Assembly: GCF_023227875.1 (NCBI RefSeq)
Contig: NZ_JALOCH010000013.1
Location: 5,977 to 69,976 of the forward strand
Direction of reading: 5' to 3'
DNA from: Methanoregula sp.
GTDB taxonomy: Archaea; Halobacteriota; Methanomicrobia; Methanomicrobiales; Methanospirillaceae
DNA: 64,000 bases
Part shown: positions 1-10,302 of the stretch, piece by piece
How the letters are laid out: every line of letters starts with the position of its first letter
How positions within the stretch are numbered: the stretch's first letter is position 1
The notes under the pieces: generated by a model
What the model saw: only the letters and a program-made list of their open reading frames with translations
What the model was told of the DNA's origin: nothing
Database searches by the model: none
Translations under genes and position numbers: made by a program

Positions 1-2
1 AC

Positions 3-278
3 CGGATCGTCGTAATGTACAATGGGCGGATCATCGAGATTGCAGAGAGCAGCCGGTTTTTTACCCGGCCGCTACATCCCTACTCCGCGGGGCTCCTCCA
101 CTCGCTTCCCGAAAATGGTCTCATCCCCATCCCCGGAAAGACACAGGACCTGGATGAGCACGATACCGGATGCAAATTCCGCTTCAGGTGCACGGATGTA
201 ACGCAGCGGTGCTGCAATGAACCGCCCCTGATCCGCCATGAAAGCGGGACGCTGGTGAGGTGCTGGAACTATGATTGA
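3..278 (+). CDS. Dipeptide/nickel ABC transporter ATP-binding protein (DppD-like), C-terminal fragment; gene starts before the window
   Basis: RIVVMYNGRIIE ... PLHPYSAGLLHSLP and Cys-rich oligo_HPY tail GCKFRFRC..RCCNEPP..VRCW. Confidence 0.88.
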   Translation, partial: RIVVMYNGRIIEIAESSRFFTRPLHPYSAGLLHSLPENGLIPIPGKTQDLDEHDTGCKFRFRCTDVTQRCCNEPPLIRHESGTLVRCWNYD

Positions 279-1179
279 GGGTATCGGACTTACAAAGAAT
301 TTTATATCAGAGAATAACCGGAAAAAACATACCCGGGCTATTGAGGATGTTGATATCCGGATCGATAAAGGCGAGACCCTTGCGCTGATCGGGGAGAGCG
401 GGTGCGGCAAATCCACGCTCGGACGGATCCTCCTCAACCTGATTCCGCCAAGCCAGGGGGAAGTGCTCTTTGAGGGACAAAACCTCGCGAAGATGACCCC
501 GTCTGAACTCCGTGCAATCCGGTGGAAATTCCAGATTGTCTCTCAGCATCCCGATAGCGCTCTCAATCCCCGGTGGACGGTTGCCGATTCCATCCTCGAG
601 CCATTCCGGATACATTCGAAAATGACCGGGGGAAGGGACCAAAAAAGGGAACTGGAACGACTTATCGATCTCGTAGGTCTCGAACCCGAACAGGCAGCAC
701 GGTTTCCCCACCAGCTCAGTGGAGGGGAACTTCAGCGGGCGGTTATTGCACGGGCGATAGCGCTCGATCCAGCATTCATCGTATGCGATGAACCGACTTC
801 AATGCTGGATGTGTCGATCCAGGCCTCGATCATCCGTCTCCTCCAGGCCCGCCAGAAGGAGATAAAGTGTGGCTGTCTCTTCATCACTCACGATATCCAG
901 CTTGCAAAGATCATGGGCGACCGGATAGCGGTCATGCTTGACGGGCAAATCGTTGAAGAGGGTGCGGGAATCCTGGATCATCCTGCCCATCCTTTCACGC
1001 AAAAGATTGTTTCACCGGATCCCCATGAGACTGTGCCCGAACTTGTCCCGGTATGCAACTGCAGCTCCCGGGCCTGCTCGTACCTTCCCTCCTGCCCGTC
1101 CCGTTCCCCGCTATGTAATAGTTATCCGAAAATGCAGGAATACGGGGATCGCAGGGTCCGGTGTCACCTGCTATCGTGA
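271..1179 (+). CDS. Dipeptide/nickel ABC transporter ATP-binding protein (DppF/NikE-like)
   Basis: Walker A GESGCGKST, signature LSGGELQR, DEPTSMLD, HPAHPFT and Cys-rich tail. Confidence 0.93.
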   Translation: MIEGIGLTKNFISENNRKKHTRAIEDVDIRIDKGETLALIGESGCGKSTLGRILLNLIPPSQGEVLFEGQNLAKMTPSELRAIRWKFQIVSQHPDSALNPRWTVADSILEPFRIHSKMTGGRDQKRELERLIDLVGLEPEQAARFPHQLSGGELQRAVIARAIALDPAFIVCDEPTSMLDVSIQASIIRLLQARQKEIKCGCLFITHDIQLAKIMGDRIAVMLDGQIVEEGAGILDHPAHPFTQKIVSPDPHETVPELVPVCNCSSRACSYLPSCPSRSPLCNSYPKMQEYGDRRVRCHLLS

Positions 1180-1324
1180 ACCATGTTTTTTATCCATTCT
1201 TACCATGGGGAAAAAACGGGATCATATGAAAAAAATCGATTTTTTACCCTCAGCTTCCACGATACCGGATCCAAATAAGAACCACTAAATAAGAAAAAAA
1301 AGTAAAAACGTATGATCAATTATT

Positions 1325-2884
1325 ATGAAGAAACATTTCTGTATTCTGGTGCTCATGCTGTTCATTGCAGTATTAACCTTAGGTTGCACGGGAACGCAAA
1401 CGGGCATCCAGCAGTCTGCAAAGCCGACAACACTCACACTTGCAGCGCAATGGGAACCAAAGACAATTGACCCCCATGAATATGGGTATACCGGCCAAAG
1501 AATCGGGTACACAGAATCGTTGACCGGTGTGGATTATGAAGGAAAAGTCATACCATCCCTCGCAACGGACTGGAGCGTTTCACCGGATGGAAAAACATGG
1601 ACATTTACCTTAAGGAAGGGGGTTGTATTCCACGATGGCACTCCCTTTACTGCCGAGGCGATGAAGAAATCCCTTGAACGTTCCCTGACCAAATCAATGT
1701 CCTTTGCTGCAGTACCCATTGCCGGTATTGATGCATCGGACACCCAGACCCTCGTTGTCAGGATGAATAAATCGTTCCTCCTGTTACCTGCATACCTCTC
1801 AAGAGGGGAGGCTTCCGCCCTTAGTTCCTCATCATGGGACGCCAACGGGACTATCATTAAACCGATCGGGACCGGGCCATTCATGTTCGACTCATGGAAA
1901 CCGAAAGAAGAGATCTCATTAGTCAAAAATCCCAGGTACTGGGGGACAGGCGCTCTGGTCGATAAAGTCGTGTACAGGATTATACCCGAAGCACTGACAC
2001 GGAACATGTTGTTGAAGAGCGACGAGATCCAGCTTGCGGTTATCATGCCTCCGGATATCGCGGTAGGATACATGAACCAGTCCGGGTTCACGGTCCAGCA
2101 GCAGTCAATTCCCCGCGTGCGGATGATTTCGTTCAACAACATCAAGGCCCCGTTCAACGATGCCCGTGTGCGACAGGCTGTCAATTATGCCATCGATCGC
2201 GACGCTCTTATCACGAGTGTCCTTGAAGGTATCGGTACCCCGGGAACCGGTCTTTTCCCACCGGATTCTTACTGGGCAAACAAGTCGATCCAACCCTATC
2301 CGTACAACCTGGATAAAGCACGCCAGCTCCTTGCGGATGCGGGCTGGAAAGACACGAATGGTGACGGGATCGTGGAAAAAGACGGCAATCCATTCAGGGT
2401 AAAGCTTCTCACCTATTCTGAACGGGCGGAGCTTCCCCCGATGGCTGAAGTGATACAGCAGCAGCTCAAAAAAGCAGGGATGGATATGGAAATCACCGTT
2501 GGCACCAGCACAGCAACGGAAGGTATCTTCAAAACAGGGGAATATGATATGTATCTCATGGGAAGAGGCGTGCTGTTCACACCGGATCCCGATGAGATTA
2601 TGATGACTGATTACCATTCAAGCGGAACAAGTAAAAATGCATATGGAGCGTTCCGGTGGAACAACAGCCGGGTCGATTCGCTCATAGAACAGGCCCGGAC
2701 CACTCAGGATCTGTCCGCCCGCAAGGCGATGTATGATGAAGTACAGTCAATTGTCGTTGCTGAGACCCCCGTTGCCTACCTCAACTACTATGTCAACCTG
2801 GATATCACCAATGACAAGATCAGTGGATACCGCAGCCATACAAACGAGTACTGTTACCATCTGGAAAATGTGTACTTCGTATAA
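1325..2884 (+). CDS. Nickel/peptide ABC substrate-binding lipoprotein (SBP family 5, NikA/CntA-like)
   Basis: Lipobox LTLGC; family 5 motifs PSLATDWSVSPDGKTWTFTLRKGVVFHDG, PIGTGPF, VRQAVNYAIDR. Confidence 0.92.
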   Translation: MKKHFCILVLMLFIAVLTLGCTGTQTGIQQSAKPTTLTLAAQWEPKTIDPHEYGYTGQRIGYTESLTGVDYEGKVIPSLATDWSVSPDGKTWTFTLRKGVVFHDGTPFTAEAMKKSLERSLTKSMSFAAVPIAGIDASDTQTLVVRMNKSFLLLPAYLSRGEASALSSSSWDANGTIIKPIGTGPFMFDSWKPKEEISLVKNPRYWGTGALVDKVVYRIIPEALTRNMLLKSDEIQLAVIMPPDIAVGYMNQSGFTVQQQSIPRVRMISFNNIKAPFNDARVRQAVNYAIDRDALITSVLEGIGTPGTGLFPPDSYWANKSIQPYPYNLDKARQLLADAGWKDTNGDGIVEKDGNPFRVKLLTYSERAELPPMAEVIQQQLKKAGMDMEITVGTSTATEGIFKTGEYDMYLMGRGVLFTPDPDEIMMTDYHSSGTSKNAYGAFRWNNSRVDSLIEQARTTQDLSARKAMYDEVQSIVVAETPVAYLNYYVNLDITNDKISGYRSHTNEYCYHLENVYFV

Positions 2885-2940
2885 TCTGCCAGAAAAAAAT
2901 GATCTATTTTTTTTAAGGAGCCGGGTCCCGGAAAAGCGCT

Positions 2941-3882
2941 ATGCAGGCAATTATTATTCATCGGATACTTCAGATTATACCAGTATTATTAGGGATATCC
3001 ATCATCACATTCCTGTTGGTTTCGCTCGCTCCGGGCGATCCTGCGGAGATCTCGCTCAAAGCTATCCTTGACACGGACAGTCCTTCCCCGGAAGCGATAT
3101 CCGTGATGAGAGCGGAGATGGGCCTTGACCAGCCGTTACATATCAGGTACTTTATCTGGCTTTCCCGCGTCGTGCAGGGAGACCTTGGATTTTCTTATCT
3201 CTCGCATAAAAGTACGGTCCATGAGATCCTGTATGCACTGCCAACAACATTTTACCTGGCAGCACTTGCGATGTCAATCTCGATAATCATCGGTATCCCG
3301 CTGGGAATTGCTGCCGCAGTGAGACAGAACGGGCTCCTCGATCATTTCTGCAGGATTTTCTCTGTAATCGGGAATTCTACCCCGGAATTTTTTATCGCGA
3401 TCATCCTGCTCCTGGTATTTGCAATCAACTTAAAAATTTTACCGGTAGCGGGGAGCGGGGGGTTCCAGTACTTCATCCTTCCTTCCGTTGTTCTTGCTAT
3501 CGGCCTTATTGCCATAACATCACGGATCATGAGAACGAGTATGCTGGATGTCCTTGAGGAGAACTATATCCTGACTGCCCGCTCCAAAGGACTCGACCGG
3601 AAGACGATTATCACAAAACATGCAATAAAAAATGCCCTGCTTCCGGTCATGACGTATATGGGCACACAGTTCGGCTGGCTCTTTGGAGGGGCTGTCATCG
3701 TTGAGAGTATTTTTGCCCTACCGGGGATTGGAAGGCTCACGGTGGAAGCAGTTGAAACGCGGGATATCATGATTTTGCAGGGATGCATGATCACGTTCGC
3801 CATAATATTTGTCGTGATCAATCTCGTGGTCGATCTGTCCTACATCTATCTCAATCCGGCGATCAAGTATGAAGAGGTCTGA
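2941..3882 (+). CDS. Nickel/peptide ABC permease (NikB/DppB-like)
   Basis: APGDPA, GLDQPLHIRY, GDLGFS, EAA loop YILTARSKGL..HAIKNALLP. Confidence 0.93.
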   Translation: MQAIIIHRILQIIPVLLGISIITFLLVSLAPGDPAEISLKAILDTDSPSPEAISVMRAEMGLDQPLHIRYFIWLSRVVQGDLGFSYLSHKSTVHEILYALPTTFYLAALAMSISIIIGIPLGIAAAVRQNGLLDHFCRIFSVIGNSTPEFFIAIILLLVFAINLKILPVAGSGGFQYFILPSVVLAIGLIAITSRIMRTSMLDVLEENYILTARSKGLDRKTIITKHAIKNALLPVMTYMGTQFGWLFGGAVIVESIFALPGIGRLTVEAVETRDIMILQGCMITFAIIFVVINLVVDLSYIYLNPAIKYEEV

Positions 3883-4762
3883 AATGGATACCGGCAATGT
3901 TAGAGAGATGAATCCGTTAACTCAACTGAACGGGCTATGGGAAATCCTCCGGAGCAACAAGACCCTCACGGTCGGGCTCTTTATTTTTATATCGCTCTGC
4001 CTCATCACGGTCCTGGCACCGGTCATTGCCCCGCATGACCCGGCCGAACAGACCCTTGAGCTGCGGTTTTCCCCGCCATCGTTCACTTATCCCCTGGGAA
4101 CCGACCAGTTCGGCCGGTGTATCTTCAGCAGGATCGTCTACGGCGGGCAGATCTCCCTTGCAATCGCTGTTATATCAACCATCGCCTGCGTCCTGATCGG
4201 AGTCCTCGTCGGCACGTATGCCGGTTATTACCAGAAACTCGATGCGGTTCTGATGCGGACGACGGATATCTTCCTTGCCTTTCCCGCGATCGTTCTTGCT
4301 CTTCCGATCATCGCCATAGTAGGCCCGACACCACTGGGAATAATTCTCGCGATATTACTTCCCGGCTGGGCAAAATTTGCGCGGGTAATCAGGAGCAGTA
4401 CACTGTCGGTCAAATCCAATGGCTTTATCGAGGCATCAAAAGCAGCCGGGGCATCAGACACGCACATCCTTTTCCGGCATATCCTGCCGAACTGTTACGG
4501 TCCAATCATCGAGATTGCTACACTCGGGCTTGGTGCCAAGATCATCACGATTACCTCACTTGGGTTCCTTGGTCTTGGGGTACAGCCACCAATACCAGAG
4601 TGGGGGACGATGATCAACCAGGGGCTGCCTCTGCTTGATAAAACACCCATGATAGCCCTATCAGCCGGTATAATGATCGTCCTGTTTGTCCTCGCAACAA
4701 ACCTGATCGGTTCCGAACTTCGGACAATCCTGGATCCCCGATCGGACACGGTTGCTATCTGA
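3869..4762 (+). CDS. Nickel/peptide ABC permease (NikC/DppC-like)
   Basis: PLGTDQFGRCIFSR, FIEASKAAGAS..ILFRHILPN, LGFLGLGVQPPIPEWG. Confidence 0.93.
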   Translation: MKRSEMDTGNVREMNPLTQLNGLWEILRSNKTLTVGLFIFISLCLITVLAPVIAPHDPAEQTLELRFSPPSFTYPLGTDQFGRCIFSRIVYGGQISLAIAVISTIACVLIGVLVGTYAGYYQKLDAVLMRTTDIFLAFPAIVLALPIIAIVGPTPLGIILAILLPGWAKFARVIRSSTLSVKSNGFIEASKAAGASDTHILFRHILPNCYGPIIEIATLGLGAKIITITSLGFLGLGVQPPIPEWGTMINQGLPLLDKTPMIALSAGIMIVLFVLATNLIGSELRTILDPRSDTVAI

Positions 4763-4815
4763 ATCGGAATTGAGCGGCCGACAGATAAGGAGAACAGGTC
4801 CTGAACGATATCCCC

Positions 4816-4823
4816 TTTTTTTT
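4816..4823 (+). terminator. Archaeal oligo-T terminator candidate after the first nik operon
   Basis: T8 run about 55 bp after the permease stop, between convergent operons. Confidence 0.35.
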
Positions 4824-4988
4824 CACCGGCAATATGAAAATATGTCTGAAGAAAATAACTGGTTCTTTTAATCGGGTTCTATAAAAGGAACTGCCAAAAT
4901 GAGGATTAATATCTCCGGTTCATGCGTAGTGTATTCACGGCCAGGTTCCCCATTATCCATATTTTTCCTGAAAAAATGTTCCCATAGG

Positions 4989-5180
4989 TTATGCCTTTTT
5001 CAGGACCAGCTCCTGCATGAGGGTATCGACGACCTCGATGGTTGCCCCCTCTACTTTAGAGAGTGAACCGGACGCGTTCGTCAGGACAACAATTCCCTCT
5101 TTGCGCCGGGCTTTGACAACATTCTCTGCAATTTTTTTCTTTTCTCCGCTTTCTTCCAGAATTACCGTAAACTCGCACAT
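4989..5180 (-). CDS. cooT: CooT-family nickel-binding protein
   Basis: About 63 aa starting MCEFTV (Cys2), VDTLMQELVL end; directly downstream of a CooC gene. Confidence 0.8.
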   Translation of the reverse strand: MCEFTVILEESGEKKKIAENVVKARRKEGIVVLTNASGSLSKVEGATIEVVDTLMQELVLKKA

Positions 5181-5194
5181 TGTATACCACCTTT

Positions 5195-5992
5195 TCACGA
5201 TTGGCAGGATCCCTGTATCATATCCATAATCCCCCGGATATCGCAGACAGTCATGGATTCCGGGGCAGTATCAAGAATAAGCTGCCCGTTCCGGTCAGCC
5301 TCGGCAACCTGTTCATCGTAACGGACGGGAATCACGGTATCCCCGGTCAGGGACAATTCCTGTATCACCTTTCCAACCTCGTTCCCGTTTTTAACCTTGT
5401 TTACAATAACCACCTGCCTTTTAATACGAAGGTCACCGGCGAGTTTCATTACATGCCGTGCAACTTCCATCGATTTCGGGAAGGCCTCGGTAATGACAAG
5501 ATTGTAATCGTAATCAACGGCCAGGCCCCTCCCGAGGATCTCTGAGCCGGCCTGGGAATCCACGATAACAATATCATACCGGTCGGTCTGGGAAGCGATG
5601 TGTTCGATCAGGAGCTTTACGAGCGATATCGAGGAACAGATACACCCGGCACCACCATAAGGTATGGTTCCCATAACAACGACCCGTACGTCATCATACG
5701 CATACACTTCGTACTGCCTCAGGATTTCTTCAATATCGATGTTTGGGGGATGGTCGTGATCATAATCATCATCCGAATCATTCCCGAAGAGCTGTTCGCG
5801 TATACCAATTTTGTCTTCAGCAAGGGTCCGGATCGTTGTGAAGGGGATACCAAGGGACATTGCAAGATTCATACTGGGATCGGTATCGATAGCAAGGATA
5901 CGGTATCCCTTCCGGGAAAGAAGACGGGACAGGGTAGCTATCACGGTAGTTTTACCCGCACCCCCTTTCCCCGTTGCAATGATCCTGATCAT
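5195..5992 (-). CDS. cooC: CooC/AcsF-type nickel-insertion ATPase
   Basis: Deviant Walker A GKGGAGKTT, IDTDPSMNL, CxC motif MGTIPYGGAGCIC, DSQAGSEILGRG. Confidence 0.87.
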   Translation of the reverse strand: MIRIIATGKGGAGKTTVIATLSRLLSRKGYRILAIDTDPSMNLAMSLGIPFTTIRTLAEDKIGIREQLFGNDSDDDYDHDHPPNIDIEEILRQYEVYAYDDVRVVVMGTIPYGGAGCICSSISLVKLLIEHIASQTDRYDIVIVDSQAGSEILGRGLAVDYDYNLVITEAFPKSMEVARHVMKLAGDLRIKRQVVIVNKVKNGNEVGKVIQELSLTGDTVIPVRYDEQVAEADRNGQLILDTAPESMTVCDIRGIMDMIQGSCQS

Positions 5993-5994
5993 GT

Positions 5995-6705
5995 TCAGGC
6001 AGTCTCCATCACCAGCGTGGACACGAACACCGTCTCATCGTATTCATCCTCTACCGCTTTCGATGGATCGTTGTGCCGTGCAATGAACATCCAGGTGCCC
6101 TTGCGCGTGATGGGGAACTTGACGATGCCTTTTGCGTCAGTTATGCCGGTCGCCAGGTCTTTTCCTTCCGCCTTTGAAACTGCCTTCACGGTCACCCCTT
6201 TAACAGGCTTTCCTTCATAAAGAAGAGTCATACTGATATCCTTACCCTTGGCAAGTTGCGGGTTTTCCGGCAGGATATCAAGGATTCCATGGACGTGCCG
6301 GGCCTTATAGGCGCCAACATCACCAATAGGGATGATCTTTTTTGCCATCTGGTGGAATGCACCTGCATAGACGATATCCTTATACATCTTCCGCGAGCCC
6401 TGCTTGTATTCGTCCTTCTTTGTTTTCGATATCACCAGGGGCGAGAGGTCGACTACCGGAATATAATATCCCGGCTTTTCTCCGGTAAATGTAACGATAT
6501 GACAATCGGTCTTCGATTTGATCCCGGGAACAATCTTTTTCCTGCCAGGACCATACACAACCGAGGAGATTCTTTTTGCATCAACGTGCCCGTCGGTCTT
6601 CATGTTATGGCCGTACATCAGTTTGATGTCAGTTTTTGTTCCCTTTCCATTCTGGCCCTCGAGCCATATCTCGTGACCAAATACCATCAGTACCATTTTA
6701 TCCAT
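5995..6705 (-). CDS. DUF4198-family protein (nickel/cobalt uptake-associated)
   Basis: GHEIWLE N-terminus, YGH motif, C-terminal LYEGKPVKG..TDAKGIVKFPITRKGTWMFIARH. Confidence 0.75.
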   Translation of the reverse strand: MDKMVLMVFGHEIWLEGQNGKGTKTDIKLMYGHNMKTDGHVDAKRISSVVYGPGRKKIVPGIKSKTDCHIVTFTGEKPGYYIPVVDLSPLVISKTKKDEYKQGSRKMYKDIVYAGAFHQMAKKIIPIGDVGAYKARHVHGILDILPENPQLAKGKDISMTLLYEGKPVKGVTVKAVSKAEGKDLATGITDAKGIVKFPITRKGTWMFIARHNDPSKAVEDEYDETVFVSTLVMETA

Positions 6706-7081
6706 GTTTTAACCATCTCGTGGTTATTTGTAACCAGTGAATTGTGGGCAGTAATAGTAATAATATTTTCTTAATTGATAGCAATAATTCGAAAATCTAT
6801 TTATTTATTTACACACAATCTGCATATCTCAAAGATAAAATTTCTGATTAAAGAATTATTGTCAAAGGATTACTGATGGGAAACGTGCCTGCCTGGGGGT
6901 GTCCAGGCCAATGCAGCTGCTGTTGAACGTCCCCTGTCGGCAAACACGATCCGACGGAGATTTTAGTATAGCGATATGTCAGGATAGAAGATCCCGTAAC
7001 TGTAACTCATAAACATCACAATCACCGGAACACCAGATTCCAAAAACAGGTATACCAGCAAACACAAGCGATGATGTCTTC

Positions 7082-8062
7082 ATGGATCTCCTGAATGTTC
7101 TCCAGCAGATACTGAATTTTTTCTGGCTTACGCTGCCGTATATATTCTTTGGCTTCTTTGTTGCAAACCTGATCAAGGCATCACCGTATCTCGACCTGAT
7201 CGGGTTACCAATGTCATACATCGCCCGGGCGGCCCACCTGCCAAAAAAATGCTCGGCAATTTTTTCCTTTTATCTTCTGAACTCCTATTCAGCGCTGGGC
7301 ATGATGTCGGAAAACTATAAGGAAAAAAACCTCACGGATAAGGAAATTATTATATCAGTGTTAGTCGCTTATTTCCCGAAAAGTATCAACAGCGTCACAT
7401 TCTTCCTTGCACCCGTTGCTCTCTCGGTCTTTGGTATCTGGGTCGGGGGAAGCATAATGGGGGTTGAATTCCTTATCTGTTTTGGGATCGCCATCGTAGG
7501 AATTATTGCCGGGCGGATCCTCTTTGACCCCGATACAGGAACTGAAAAAAATCCTTCACTGAATCCCGGTCCTGCACCTTCGCCACAACGGGAAAACATG
7601 ACATGGATCGGAACCCTGAAACACTGTTTTATCGATAGTGTGAAGGGTTTTTATGAGATCACCATCGTCCTAATCCCGACAGGCGCGATTATAATCCTGT
7701 TATTCAATATCGGTGTCCGGGACATGCTGGCTTCATTCCTGGATCCGCTCCTTTCGTCCCTTAACCTGCCAGCTTCATCCATTATTGTCTATGCCGCGGC
7801 GTTCATGAGCCAGGTTGCAGCCATTGCTGCAATAGGGACGATCGCTGTTGCGGAAGATCTGACAGTTGTACAGTGTCTCCTGATCTATGTTATCTCCCGG
7901 GCGATTCACCTTGGCATTGGCCAGATCAAGTCAGGATTCCCCACAAATGTCGCATTATTCGGGAAGACCCTTGGTTTCAAGGTCTCCGCTATTGATTTTT
8001 GCATGTTACAGGGCGCAACGATAATCATGGTCATACTCCTGATTTTCCTGGGAGGGGTGTAA
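7082..8062 (+). CDS. Nucleoside-recognition (Gate) domain membrane protein, possible metal permease
   Basis: 326 aa with about 8 hydrophobic segments and two similar halves; pattern of archaeal Gate-domain proteins. Confidence 0.6.
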   Translation: MDLLNVLQQILNFFWLTLPYIFFGFFVANLIKASPYLDLIGLPMSYIARAAHLPKKCSAIFSFYLLNSYSALGMMSENYKEKNLTDKEIIISVLVAYFPKSINSVTFFLAPVALSVFGIWVGGSIMGVEFLICFGIAIVGIIAGRILFDPDTGTEKNPSLNPGPAPSPQRENMTWIGTLKHCFIDSVKGFYEITIVLIPTGAIIILLFNIGVRDMLASFLDPLLSSLNLPASSIIVYAAAFMSQVAAIAAIGTIAVAEDLTVVQCLLIYVISRAIHLGIGQIKSGFPTNVALFGKTLGFKVSAIDFCMLQGATIIMVILLIFLGGV

Positions 8063-8175
8063 GGTTCAGAAAAAACCTCACATACAATATTATTAAGGAT
8101 ATAACAGGAGCTAAACAATCTGATTGGATATCATTTAGTAATACTTTTATTTTATTATGTGATAACGAATAGTCC

Positions 8176-9222
8176 ATGAATGATCCAATAATAACATTCA
8201 ACTCCAATCTTGAATTATTACCACCTGAAGATATCGGAAAACTCCAGGAGCTTGCACACGCTGTTGAAACATATCGCATTGTTGCAACAGCAGTGGAACT
8301 GGGAGTTTTTGATGCGCTTGATGAGCCGAAAACGTCCGATGAACTCGCTGATCGTCTGGGTCTGCAAAAAAAGCTCACGGGCAAATTCTGCAACTCACTT
8401 GTGGCTTCCGGCTTCATGCAACAGACTGAAGGACGTTTCGCGCCAACAGACAGTTCGAAGGCATTTTTCCGGAAAAAATCCCCCTTTTACCAGGGAAATC
8501 TCATCAAACTCTGGAGCACCACACGGAATGACCGGTGGAGCCGCCTTTCCGAGATCATCCGCAACGGTCCTGAGGGGTACGAACGTGGCCTTCACGGGGT
8601 CTTTGATGCAGGTTTTGTCCACGCGATGGCCGAAGGTGCGGTACGAGGAAGTCTGCAAAAAACAATCGAGTTCATGAAAAACTATCCGGGATTCCGGAAC
8701 GTAAAAACAATGCTTGATCTTGGTGGGGGCCACGGTCTTTATTCGATTGCCTTTACCCGGATGAACCCGGGTCTTTCTTCAACAGTCCTGGATCTCCCCC
8801 CGGTAGTCACACAGGTAACCTCACCGATGATATCAACGTATCATGCGAACCGGGTCACCGCCATTCCTGGAGACTTTACCACGGACAATCTCGGTTCAGG
8901 GTATGACATGGTCTTTGCATCCGACGTACTATACCGGGAAAAAACGCAGCTGGATGCCATCCTCGGCAGAGTTCATTCCAGCCTCAATAATGACGGGATA
9001 TTCATCTCAAAACACTGGCATATCGACGATATTGTCCGGGATGCGACAGCGGTTTATTTCGATCTCATGTTCTCCCTTGCAGAAGACACCGATCGCGTTT
9101 ATTCTTCTACAGAATTTTCCAGGACTCTGGAATCCAATGGTTTTGAGATCGAAAAAGTGCACGATTTAAATACGCCGTTCCACCCGTCGCGGATTATTGT
9201 TTCAAGGAAAGTAGCAAGATGA
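8176..9222 (+). CDS. SAM-dependent O-methyltransferase family 2 (dimerisation plus MTase domain)
   Basis: TAVELGVFDAL..TSDELA helix-turn-helix, MLDLGGGHG, VLDLPPV, IPGDF. Confidence 0.88.
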   Translation: MNDPIITFNSNLELLPPEDIGKLQELAHAVETYRIVATAVELGVFDALDEPKTSDELADRLGLQKKLTGKFCNSLVASGFMQQTEGRFAPTDSSKAFFRKKSPFYQGNLIKLWSTTRNDRWSRLSEIIRNGPEGYERGLHGVFDAGFVHAMAEGAVRGSLQKTIEFMKNYPGFRNVKTMLDLGGGHGLYSIAFTRMNPGLSSTVLDLPPVVTQVTSPMISTYHANRVTAIPGDFTTDNLGSGYDMVFASDVLYREKTQLDAILGRVHSSLNNDGIFISKHWHIDDIVRDATAVYFDLMFSLAEDTDRVYSSTEFSRTLESNGFEIEKVHDLNTPFHPSRIIVSRKVAR

Positions 9223-10298
9223 CAGAGACAACACGGTTAAAACGACTGCTGGAAAGGATGGGCTATGACGATGTCGGAGGATTTTCAGAATACAAGAAGA
9301 TACTGATCCTTCTTGTTATTGCGGCACTCATGTTTATCTCGGCCCTGACTGCGGTTGTTATGGGCAAATACGGGTTCACGGTCCTGGATGTCTACCAGAC
9401 GGTGTTTACCCACGTCACGTTCGGGGACGTATCGGCAATCGAAAAACTCAACAACACAATCATCTGGGACATACGAGCACCACGGATATTGCTCACCCTG
9501 TTTGTCGGGGGGGCTCTTGCAATAGCCGGGGCGGTTTTTCAGGGCGTCTTCAGGAACCCGCTCGTAGAACCATATATCCTCGGCGTTTCTTCCGGGGCCG
9601 CATTCGGAGCAGCACTCGGCATCGTATTTCCTGCAATTTTCTTCTCGCTCCAGTTATCCGCGTTTGCATTCGGGTCCATTGCTGTCGCGGTCGCATACCT
9701 CCTTGCCCGGGTGCGGGGAGAGACCCCGGTTGTCACTCTGATTCTCGCCGGCGTTATTGTCGGATCAATATTTGCAGCACTGGTCTCACTCCTGAAATAC
9801 CTCTCCACTGATGCGGCCTTACGAGAGATTGTCTTCTGGATGATGGGGGGATTTTACTATGCCACATGGAATGATGTCCGGGTCATTGCCCCGGTTGTAA
9901 TAATCGGCTTCATCGTTCTCTGGGCGCTGGGATGGAAGCTCAATATCCTTTCAATGGGTGATGATGAGGCACGAACATTGGGTGTGAACCCGGAGAGATA
10001 CAAGTTCATTGTCATCAGTATTGCAACTGCCGTCACGGCATTTGCCGTCTCCCTTGTGGGCATCATTGCCTGGGTCGGCCTGATGATGCCCCATGCCTCA
10101 AGAATTCTTCTCGGGCCGGACAACCGGTACGTAATCCCGGCATCATTCATGATGGGCGGAATCTATCTGATGATCTGCGACACCATGGCACGGACACTCA
10201 CGAATGCAGAAATTCCCGTGGGCATCATCGCATCGATCCTGGGTGCCCCGTATCTCTGTTACCTCCTGAGAAATAAGGGGCGGATCATTTTCGGGTGA
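9219..10298 (+). CDS. FecCD/BtuC-family ABC permease
   Basis: IRAPRILL, QGVFRNPLVEPYILGVSSGAAFGA, GIIAWVGLMMPH, EIPVGII. Confidence 0.94.
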   Translation: MTETTRLKRLLERMGYDDVGGFSEYKKILILLVIAALMFISALTAVVMGKYGFTVLDVYQTVFTHVTFGDVSAIEKLNNTIIWDIRAPRILLTLFVGGALAIAGAVFQGVFRNPLVEPYILGVSSGAAFGAALGIVFPAIFFSLQLSAFAFGSIAVAVAYLLARVRGETPVVTLILAGVIVGSIFAALVSLLKYLSTDAALREIVFWMMGGFYYATWNDVRVIAPVVIIGFIVLWALGWKLNILSMGDDEARTLGVNPERYKFIVISIATAVTAFAVSLVGIIAWVGLMMPHASRILLGPDNRYVIPASFMMGGIYLMICDTMARTLTNAEIPVGIIASILGAPYLCYLLRNKGRIIFG

Positions 10299-10302
10299 TA
10301 GT

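Noticed and set aside
150-1179. Cys-rich tails of the DppD/F ATPases as novel Fe-S domains
   Set aside because: Known oligo_HPY C-terminal domain of peptide ABC ATPases
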